Shown in pieces: positions 17,106 to 24,240 of a DNA stretch of 29,613 nt. The notes beneath the pieces were generated by a model. The model ran no database searches and had not been told where the DNA came from. It worked only from the letters and a program-made list of their open reading frames with translations. Within the stretch, counting starts at the first letter, position 1. Every line of letters begins with the position of its first letter. A program made the position numbers and the translations under genes. Source of the stretch: a virus (Duplodnaviria; Caudoviricetes); the IMG/VR virus record IMGVR_UViG_3300008266_000327, positions 1 through 29,613 of that record. One strand, written 5' to 3'.

Positions 17106-17145
17106 ATAGCTGAAACAGGGAGCAAACTAGCTCCCTGTATAGGAC
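17085..17145 (+). ncRNA. Type I hammerhead ribozyme HHR3, overlapping the 3' end of the upstream CDS
   Basis: GTCCTA CTGATGA G-t-GCT-taaat-AGC-T GAAA CAGGGAGC-aaacta-GCTCCCTG TA TAGGAC. GUA triplet, cut at 17139/17140; stem II is weaker (G-U closing pair and a bulge). Confidence 0.85.
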
Positions 17146-17168
17146 AGTTAAAATAAGGAATACCAACC

Positions 17169-17444
17169 ATGCAAATTAAACCTTGGGATGGAAAGTTACA
17201 CAAAAAGATTGATTTCTATCAGTGGAGCAAGCAAAAAGGTTACTATGAGTACGTTTGTAGCACCAACCAAAGTAGAACGCTCAAAGAGGCGGCGCAAAAG
17301 TTCTATAGTTCGCGATATGCGAACGGAGAGCCCGCCAGCTTGACCGAGAACACGTTTAAAATCACGTTCAGCAATTCGCCCAAGTGGTTTAATTTACTCC
17401 CCTTGGTGGAGCGTACAGGGCGCAATGAGGAGATGAGCGCGTGA
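17169..17444 (+). CDS. Hypothetical early protein (91 aa)
   Basis: TAAGGA RBS; ATG 29 nt after the HHR3 cut. Confidence 0.75.
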   Translation: MQIKPWDGKLHKKIDFYQWSKQKGYYEYVCSTNQSRTLKEAAQKFYSSRYANGEPASLTENTFKITFSNSPKWFNLLPLVERTGRNEEMSA

Positions 17445-17611
17445 GAACGTATATCTTCCGGTTTTTAAATATAGCTATACGCATAAAAGCACCTACAGAG
17501 AGCGAGGCGTCTAGTTTATTAGCTTGTGCATTGGCACAAGCCAGAGAGCAGGGAGCTAAAACAGAATATCAGTGTTGGAAACATGCAAGGGATAAAGGGT
17601 TAAAGCTATGA
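17441..17611 (+). CDS. Hypothetical protein (56 aa), absent from the ORF track
   Basis: GAGGAG RBS, GTG start, and GTGA/ATGA overlaps with both neighbours. Confidence 0.6.
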   Translation: MRTYIFRFLNIAIRIKAPTESEASSLLACALAQAREQGAKTEYQCWKHARDKGLKL

Positions 17612-18300
17612 ACGAAGTTTATATACTGGCTCGAAATACATACAATGATCCTAGTCTAGGGCTTTTGGCTTGTTACTTTGATAGACAGCAAGCGGAAAAT
17701 GACTGTAACGTCTTATCTACTTACGCTGGCACCGAAGACACCTACCGGATTATCTTACTTAAAGTAGCTCCAGGGCAAGCTTTCCCGGTTTATCTTGGGG
17801 TGGATTTTTCAGAAAAAACGATACCAGTAGTAAATCCGGGGGCTGAGAGGGTGGCCGCAATGTCCTCTTTCTGTCAGGATATCGTCCAGGAGCCCCCTAG
17901 CATCGACGAGAACAAGCGTTTATCGACGGACAGGCTCAAAGTACCTGGAAGTGGTTTACGTCCTCCTATCGGAACACGTAACCGAAAATCAGGAGGAACC
18001 AGAGAGGGTGTTAAGTTTAAGCGATATCCTGAATCAATTAAAATCGATCTGGAAAATTTTCTTTTCAGAGAAATCGAGAAACGGAATTTGGTGTATATCG
18101 TTGAAATACAACAACTATTGGCGGAACAAGTACACCCTAGAACCGTGTTCAAATGGGTTACAGACTTTTTCAAAAGCCAAGAAAACCTAACATACACGTA
18201 TGGACGTGCAGTACACCCGAAATTTAAAGTACCCGTCAGCGTTTATGTCCCTGATGAAAAAGTAAACAGCTTTACACTCCACGCTAATTCCTCAAGTTGA
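17608..18300 (+). CDS. Hypothetical protein (230 aa), possible C-terminal winged-helix DNA-binding domain
   Basis: Long ORF coupled to the upstream gene; VHPRTVFKWV resembles an HTH recognition helix. Confidence 0.65.
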   Translation: MNEVYILARNTYNDPSLGLLACYFDRQQAENDCNVLSTYAGTEDTYRIILLKVAPGQAFPVYLGVDFSEKTIPVVNPGAERVAAMSSFCQDIVQEPPSIDENKRLSTDRLKVPGSGLRPPIGTRNRKSGGTREGVKFKRYPESIKIDLENFLFREIEKRNLVYIVEIQQLLAEQVHPRTVFKWVTDFFKSQENLTYTYGRAVHPKFKVPVSVYVPDEKVNSFTLHANSSS

Positions 18301-18442
18301 CTGTCCTACGGAGGAACCAGACCCTTTTGAAGGGTTGTAGGTTTACCGAGTCACCTTGTTCGGGCCACGTATGTAGTTGAATAGGCTCATACGTGGCCTC
18401 ATACAGGGTTGTTAGTATGATAAATAATAGGGAGATACCATA

Positions 18443-18946
18443 ATGAACGCCGATAATAAAAAGACACTGTACGAAATGCTAACAGGTATAAAGCTTCTGG
18501 AGGAAATAGAAGCGATAGTTGAAGCGCACAAAAAGAAAACCGAGGATCTTTTTACTTGCGCCTTCACAAATGAGACGGATAACCCTTACGACGAAGCTTT
18601 CCAAGCCCGTAAAAATAGTTTTGATGTCTTAAAAACCGGTGAAAACGAAATCCGGCTCAGCACTCCATACTTTCAGTGGGATGAAGAGAAGGGGATGCCC
18701 TACACTTACTTCTGTGATAACCACTTTGAGTACCTGATGAAGCTTTACTTAAATAATTTCATAATGGGTAACACCGATCAAGGCGGCGTTCAAGTCTATT
18801 TAAACCTGTTAAGCGATGATAATCCGCTGTTGGATAGCGGTTGGGAGGAAATAACAGACAAACGCATATCATTTTTCGAGGAAGTTGTTACCAAGCTTAA
18901 AGCGACGAGGGCAGAACAGGATAAAGACGAGGCGCAGAACCAATGA
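18443..18946 (+). CDS. Hypothetical protein (167 aa)
   Basis: AGGGAG RBS; long acidic ORF. Confidence 0.75.
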   Translation: MNADNKKTLYEMLTGIKLLEEIEAIVEAHKKKTEDLFTCAFTNETDNPYDEAFQARKNSFDVLKTGENEIRLSTPYFQWDEEKGMPYTYFCDNHFEYLMKLYLNNFIMGNTDQGGVQVYLNLLSDDNPLLDSGWEEITDKRISFFEEVVTKLKATRAEQDKDEAQNQ

Positions 18947-19143
18947 CGTTCTCTAAAGCCTTAAAAAAGGTGCCACCAAACCACTATAGTGAGCAATTAA
19001 GCTGGCAAATAATGACTGGGTGGCCCATCAAACTGTATTGTAAGATATGCTTGTGGGGTTCAAGCAACGTGCAATACCACGTATGCCCCTATGGCCATGG
19101 TGAAATGGTCGATATTCGCGAATATGCGCTGGGCGATTTATGA
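18943..19143 (+). CDS. Small zinc-binding protein (CxxC...CPxxH), paralog A
   Basis: PIKLYCKICLWG...VCPYGHGEM; ATGA overlaps. Confidence 0.7.
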   Translation: MTFSKALKKVPPNHYSEQLSWQIMTGWPIKLYCKICLWGSSNVQYHVCPYGHGEMVDIREYALGDL

Positions 19144-19349
19144 GTTTGAGTGATAGATCCGTGGGGTTCGAGTTCTACCTGTATGAGCTAAATTTAACGC
19201 TCGCCAACAACACGATCCCTATCACACAATACTGTGCCATCTGTTACTGGGGCGCAATGGCACATACACCAAGGGTTTGCCCCTTCAAACACGGTCAAAT
19301 GAGTCCTATATCATTATTTTACGAGGAGAAAACACGTTATGGCATCTAA
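19140..19349 (+). CDS. Small zinc-binding protein (CxxC...CPxxH), paralog B
   Basis: PITQYCAICYWG...VCPFKHGQM; ATGA overlap. Confidence 0.7.
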   Translation: MSLSDRSVGFEFYLYELNLTLANNTIPITQYCAICYWGAMAHTPRVCPFKHGQMSPISLFYEEKTRYGI

Positions 19350-19499
19350 ACGCGCAAGAACCAACGCTGTGGAAGTGGAACAGAACATTCTGGTACAAAC
19401 ATCATTGTGGTGACTGTGGACGAGTCTGGCATTCCCAGAAACATACTGAAACTCACAGTTGCCCGTATGTAGCAGGTCAATCACAAACGAAAGGAACGT

Positions 19500-19862
19500 A
19501 TGACGATGGTTTCATTGAAAGATATCTTCGAAAAGATCCTGGCAACTGTCACTCAGGACAGGCACAAAACCCACGGCGACCCAATTCAACAGTTGAGTCA
19601 TACCGCATCTCTATGGAGTGCTTATCTCCAGGTTCCCCTGGATGGGGTGGACGTGGCCTTTATGAATCAATTACAGAAAATGAGTCGCCACAAGCATGGC
19701 GAACTCAACGTAGACGACTTCGACGATAACTTGGGCTACGGTGGTATCGCTGCGCTGTTCGCCTATCGTCAGCGAGCCAAGGAACAGGCAAAGAATTTCG
19801 GGGCATTCAAACCTATCGCTACACCCGTCATTGCGGAGGATGCCGAAGATGAAGTTGATTGA
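19500..19862 (+). CDS. DUF6378-like phage protein
   Basis: DRHKTHGDP...ASLWSAYL...DVAFMNQLQKMSR...DNLGYGGIA pattern; AAGGA RBS. Confidence 0.75.
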   Translation: MTMVSLKDIFEKILATVTQDRHKTHGDPIQQLSHTASLWSAYLQVPLDGVDVAFMNQLQKMSRHKHGELNVDDFDDNLGYGGIAALFAYRQRAKEQAKNFGAFKPIATPVIAEDAEDEVD

Positions 19863-19977
19863 AGTCCGCTGTTTACGCTGTTCTTGTAAGTTCTGGACGG
19901 ATAAAGATATCACACCCACCTGTCCACTTTGCAACGGGGATAAAGTGATGTACACTAATAGCGATAAACTACAATAA
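19849..19977 (+). CDS. Small zinc-ribbon protein (42 aa)
   Basis: MKLIEVRCLRCSCKFW...TCPLCNG with two CxxC; GGAGG RBS upstream. Confidence 0.6.
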   Translation: MKLIEVRCLRCSCKFWTDKDITPTCPLCNGDKVMYTNSDKLQ

Positions 19978-20005
19978 GTGAAGTTAATATCGAGAGGAAT
20001 CCGCT

Positions 20006-20254
20006 ATGAGTTATGTCAAGGATGGGGTAAAATGGGAAGAGGTCAGGGACATTGCCGCCCGGTATAATTTCTGCGTGTCGCATGTCCGTGACCTAGCGAG
20101 AACAAAGCGAATCCCCAGTGTGAAAGTAGGGCGTAGGTACTATTTCAACCCCAGAGAGGTTGATAAACACCTCGTCCAGGACAATACTTCAAAAGATGAA
20201 TTGAGCGAGGTTTTAGTAGATGACCGAACAGAAGACCTCCTTGCCGACCTCTAA
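20006..20254 (+). CDS. Excisionase/MerR-like HTH DNA-binding protein
   Basis: VRDIAARYNFCVSHVRDLARTKRIPSVKVGRRYYF, an HTH_17-type pattern. Confidence 0.8.
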   Translation: MSYVKDGVKWEEVRDIAARYNFCVSHVRDLARTKRIPSVKVGRRYYFNPREVDKHLVQDNTSKDELSEVLVDDRTEDLLADL

Positions 20255-22367
20255 AGGGAAGGCAGAGTGGATCAATGAGCTAGTGGCATCAGGGTTCGCC
20301 CTGATGCCTCTTTATCAGGGGACTAAAGTGCCGGTGCATGAGTGCTGGACAGATATTCCTCCAGACCCTACGCAGGGGCCAGCAGACTTCCCATTTAACT
20401 ATGGGGTGATCCCTGATGACAGCAAGGTAATCATTGACGCTGATCCACGGGGTTTTAAAGACGGAATCGACTCATTTCAGAAGTTAATGACCGATATAGG
20501 TATCACAGACTTCGACACCTACACTGTTTTGAGTGGTCGCGGCGATGACGGAATGCACATATACCTCAATAAGCCGCTGGGCGTCAAGCTTCGCACCAAG
20601 AACGTAGACTATCCAGGTATTGAGATTAAAACGGTGGGTAGTTTTCTTGTCGGTGCAGGCAGTATCCACCCTATTAGCGGTAAAGAGTACCGTGTAGTGC
20701 GGGGTACGCCGGATAAATTAGCGGATATACCTACCGCTCTAATGGAGTTGTACATTAAGACTGATCGAACTTTGGTTGGCGCCCTGGATGCACCAAAAGA
20801 CGATGAGGCTACCCGCAAGCGGTTTAGGGCGTTTTTATTCGAGACTCCTGTTGCGGTATGGGGCGAAGACGGTGATCCGACTACATACTATACTGCCTGC
20901 AAGGGCAAGACGATGGGCTTATCCCCCCAAGTAACCTTTGAGGAGATGCGGGATCACTGGAACGAACGGTGTTCACCTCCCTGGGAGATGGGGGAGCTGG
21001 CTAAAAAAGTCAATAACGCCTACGATTACTCACGTTCTGGGTTAGGTTCTGACCATCCAGAAGCAGACTTTAAGGGATTTGAGACTGATCCAGGCAAATT
21101 GGAAGGCCACCAAGCAGTTCGCTGGGCGTTAGATAGCCACGGAAAGCTGAAACCAAACATAACGAACATACTGTACATGCTGGATAACGTACCGGCGTTC
21201 ACTAAAGACCCGAATCCACTGTATAAATTAGTTCGGTACAACCTGTTTACGAACCGCATAGAGTTCACTCGTCCAGCATTCTGGCACCCGAAGGATGAGA
21301 AGCGGGTGAACTGGGGTGACGACGATAACTCTCACGTACAAGCGTGGCTGAGTGAGACGAAATACGTGGATTATACCCTCAGCACCATCCAGAACGCTGT
21401 GATAGTGGCGGCTCAACGCGAACATTATCACCCGGTCAAAGACTACCTGAACGGGTTAAAGTGGGACGGAATCCCCCGAGTTGAGCGTTTGTTCATCGAT
21501 TACGCTGGTACAGAGGATAACATATACTACCGTTGTGCGGCACGTATGTTTATGGCCGCTGGCGCGGGGCGAATACTAGAGCCTGGGTGTAAATACGATA
21601 CCATCGTTACCTTGGAAGGCGAACCCGGAAGAGGTAAAAGCACCTTCTGCCGCACTTTGGCCGTTAAAGATGAATGGTACGCTGACATCTATCTTGAGCC
21701 GCGCAATAAGGACACTATTGTGGTGATGCAAGGTAAATGGATGTGCGAAGTCAGCGAAATGATCTGTGCTAAAAAGTCTGACGCAGAGGATTTGAAGTCA
21801 TTCATCTCTAAACAAACAGATGTAGTGCGGCTACCGTATGGTCGAAACCCTGAAAACTTACCTAGGGAGTCGGTATTCATCGGTACACATAACCCTTCAG
21901 GGGATAACACGTACTATAAAGACCAGACAGGCAACCGGAGACACGTCCCCATCACTATCGGCGAGATTAATATACCCCACCTAACCCGTGACCTCGACCA
22001 GTTATGGGCTGAAGCGGTCGTACTGTTCAAGGCTGGAGAGCCTTTAGAGATGGTCAATCCAAAGGCGATAGCTTACGCTAAGCGGGCGCAGGAAGACCGT
22101 AGGGAAAAAGATGTTTGGGAGATTACGATTCCAGAATGGTTGGCCCGTCAACCGGTACACCATAAGTATTTGGCGACTACTCAAATTCTGGAGGATGTCC
22201 TGAATATCCCAATGCGTCAGGTCGATAAGCAGGTCTATACTAGGGTATCCCTGGTGATGAAGGCGCTCGGCTGGACTAAAGGGCTTGTCGGGCCTACTAA
22301 TTCCCGCAAGCAAGGGTACAAAAATCCCGTCCAGACGCCCGAAGAAGATCTACTTGCTGACCTGTAG
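20220..22367 (+). CDS. Primase-polymerase (bifunctional prim-pol N-terminus) fused to a VirE/VapE-type helicase ATPase
   Basis: NYGVIP...IIDAD, GMHIY and GAGSIHPISGKEY prim-pol motifs; HPVKDYLNGLKWDG, GEPGRGKST Walker A, and FIGTHN...DQTGNRR VirE motifs. Confidence 0.92.
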   Translation: MTEQKTSLPTSKGKAEWINELVASGFALMPLYQGTKVPVHECWTDIPPDPTQGPADFPFNYGVIPDDSKVIIDADPRGFKDGIDSFQKLMTDIGITDFDTYTVLSGRGDDGMHIYLNKPLGVKLRTKNVDYPGIEIKTVGSFLVGAGSIHPISGKEYRVVRGTPDKLADIPTALMELYIKTDRTLVGALDAPKDDEATRKRFRAFLFETPVAVWGEDGDPTTYYTACKGKTMGLSPQVTFEEMRDHWNERCSPPWEMGELAKKVNNAYDYSRSGLGSDHPEADFKGFETDPGKLEGHQAVRWALDSHGKLKPNITNILYMLDNVPAFTKDPNPLYKLVRYNLFTNRIEFTRPAFWHPKDEKRVNWGDDDNSHVQAWLSETKYVDYTLSTIQNAVIVAAQREHYHPVKDYLNGLKWDGIPRVERLFIDYAGTEDNIYYRCAARMFMAAGAGRILEPGCKYDTIVTLEGEPGRGKSTFCRTLAVKDEWYADIYLEPRNKDTIVVMQGKWMCEVSEMICAKKSDAEDLKSFISKQTDVVRLPYGRNPENLPRESVFIGTHNPSGDNTYYKDQTGNRRHVPITIGEINIPHLTRDLDQLWAEAVVLFKAGEPLEMVNPKAIAYAKRAQEDRREKDVWEITIPEWLARQPVHHKYLATTQILEDVLNIPMRQVDKQVYTRVSLVMKALGWTKGLVGPTNSRKQGYKNPVQTPEEDLLADL

Positions 22368-22430
22368 GATATCGCCTACAATAACGTCTAAAGCCATTTA
22401 ATACAGTTTATCGAGTAAAGCGAGCCAAAA

Positions 22431-24239
22431 ATGCAGCTATTCCCGTATCAGGAAGAGGGCGTGGCCTTTCTTACCAGTAGGTTCCACGCGCTTTTAGGGG
22501 ATGATATGGGTCTTGGGAAGACCATTCAGGTAATTGCCTCCTGGGATAAGCTAGGGGTACGGTCGATGATGGTCATCTGCCCTTCTTCCGTGAAATACAA
22601 CTGGGCCAGACAGATCGCCAAGTGGTCTGACCGTCGTTTGGTTGTCTTTGTGGTGAAGGATGGAAGCACAGAGATCCCGCTGCGCGTCAACATAATCGTC
22701 GTAAACTACGAACTGCTACTGAGAGACAAGATATTTAAGCAACTCGTCTCCAGAGGGCAGCGAGTGGGGTATGATGCGGTTGTCTGTGACGAAGCTCATT
22801 ACCTGAAGAATCGCGATGCGAAACGCACTAAACGAGTTCTGGGCAAGGATTCTTTCATGCACAACGCCCGCTATAAGTGGATGCTGACTGGAAGTTTCCT
22901 GCTCAATCGCCCCGTGGAATCTTACCCGATTCTATCAACCCTTGCGCCAGAGGTCATTGCGCCTCACAATAGCTGGGAAGACTTTGGTAAACGGTACTGT
23001 GGAGGCTACATAAACGACAGGGGGCAAGAGAACTGGGGGTCAAGCAACACCCAGGAACTTGCAGATCGATTGAAATCCTTTATGCTCCGGCGAACCAAAG
23101 ACGAAGTACTAGACCAGTTGCCGCCAAAGGTAGAATCTTGGATTGAAATCGATGTCCCTATCCCCTGTGATCTGGAAGACACCCCGATGTCTACCGTCTG
23201 GAAGGAGCTTGGCGTAGCTAAAGCCCCGAAAGTGGCGCAACACATTGAAGATATGCTGGCAGACACTGATAAAGTCGTTGTCTTCTGTCACCATAGGGAT
23301 GTCATTCATATCCTGAACGAACGCCTGCAAGAGCATGAGCCGATCATAGTCTATGGCGGCAAGAATGCAGAGCATAAGCAGGGTCAAGTAGACCGTTTCA
23401 TCAACGACCCCAACTGTCACGTCCTGCTAGCGCAGATTGTAGCAGGGGGTACGGGGATTGATGGTCTACAGGGAGTGTGCAATTACGTTGTGTTCGCTGA
23501 ACTAGACTGGTCGCCTATGATCCTCAATCAAGCGATAGACAGGTTACGCAGGATAGGGCAGGCCAACACCGTATTCGTACACTATCTAGTGGTGCCGGGT
23601 TCTATGGAATCCATCATCATGGACTCGCTTGACGGCAAGCGAGTGGTAATAGACACCGTATTAGAAAGCGATAAGGAACCTCAAAACATGGACACAAAAC
23701 AAATTCAGGCAACAATGCAGACGCTGAGCAAGAGCATGGAAGCTACCCTGGCCGCTATGGAAGCTATGTCTAGCACCATGAGCTTGATCCACGGCCTGTT
23801 GTCCGGCCAACAAACCCTCCCCTTACAGCCCAATAAACCGAAAGGCGGTAAGAATGCTGAGAAAGCCGCAGCCGCAGCGACCGCTGCTGACGATACCCCT
23901 CCCCCATCAGCGCAGACAGTTGACGTTATGGCCCAGGTTGTACCGCAGGCTCCCGCTAACCCAACACCTACCGTTCCGCCCGCCGCACCAACTGTATCCG
24001 CAACTCCTGTGGGTTATAGCGCAGCACAAATTGGAGACTTGGCTACCGCCTTCATCCAAACCTTCCCGGATAAGGAAGTAGGCAAAAACGTCATCCGCAC
24101 TGTGTTGTTACCCAAGTACGGCGCTGCGAAGATGGCTGAGCTGAAGCCTGAGTTCTATGCAGGCTTCGCAAGCGACATGGCTGGCGGCTCTGCCCCATAT
24201 TTGCAACCCCAAACCTTCGATCCTCTGGGAGGTCTGTAG
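22431..24239 (+). CDS. SNF2-family helicase with a long C-terminal extension
   Basis: DDMGLGKT, VVCDEAH, LTGS, MLRRTK and QAIDRLRRIGQ motifs. Confidence 0.92.
   Translation: MQLFPYQEEGVAFLTSRFHALLGDDMGLGKTIQVIASWDKLGVRSMMVICPSSVKYNWARQIAKWSDRRLVVFVVKDGSTEIPLRVNIIVVNYELLLRDKIFKQLVSRGQRVGYDAVVCDEAHYLKNRDAKRTKRVLGKDSFMHNARYKWMLTGSFLLNRPVESYPILSTLAPEVIAPHNSWEDFGKRYCGGYINDRGQENWGSSNTQELADRLKSFMLRRTKDEVLDQLPPKVESWIEIDVPIPCDLEDTPMSTVWKELGVAKAPKVAQHIEDMLADTDKVVVFCHHRDVIHILNERLQEHEPIIVYGGKNAEHKQGQVDRFINDPNCHVLLAQIVAGGTGIDGLQGVCNYVVFAELDWSPMILNQAIDRLRRIGQANTVFVHYLVVPGSMESIIMDSLDGKRVVIDTVLESDKEPQNMDTKQIQATMQTLSKSMEATLAAMEAMSSTMSLIHGLLSGQQTLPLQPNKPKGGKNAEKAAAAATAADDTPPPSAQTVDVMAQVVPQAPANPTPTVPPAAPTVSATPVGYSAAQIGDLATAFIQTFPDKEVGKNVIRTVLLPKYGAAKMAELKPEFYAGFASDMAGGSAPYLQPQTFDPLGGL
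23688..24239 (+). CDS. Possible nested in-frame gene (183 aa) expressed from an internal RBS
   Basis: ATAAGGA RBS before the in-frame ATG at 23688; Pro/Ala linker and LLPKYGAAKMAELKPEFYA domain, usually a separate gene upstream of DUF2800. Confidence 0.5.
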   Translation: MDTKQIQATMQTLSKSMEATLAAMEAMSSTMSLIHGLLSGQQTLPLQPNKPKGGKNAEKAAAAATAADDTPPPSAQTVDVMAQVVPQAPANPTPTVPPAAPTVSATPVGYSAAQIGDLATAFIQTFPDKEVGKNVIRTVLLPKYGAAKMAELKPEFYAGFASDMAGGSAPYLQPQTFDPLGGL

Positions 24240-24240
24240 G

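Noticed and set aside
15561-17145. The three GTCCTACTGATGAG repeats as a CRISPR array or attachment sites
   Set aside because: They are spaced about 530 and 994 bp apart with genes in between, and their internal variation preserves RNA base pairing, which fits hammerheads.
18247-18275. GTCCCTGATGA as a fourth hammerhead
   Set aside because: No stem II followed by GAAA, and no matching stems I and III; it lies in coding sequence.
19277-19729. 150-aa ORF as a real gene
   Set aside because: It overlaps two better-supported genes out of frame and lacks a good start; only its central part is ambiguous.
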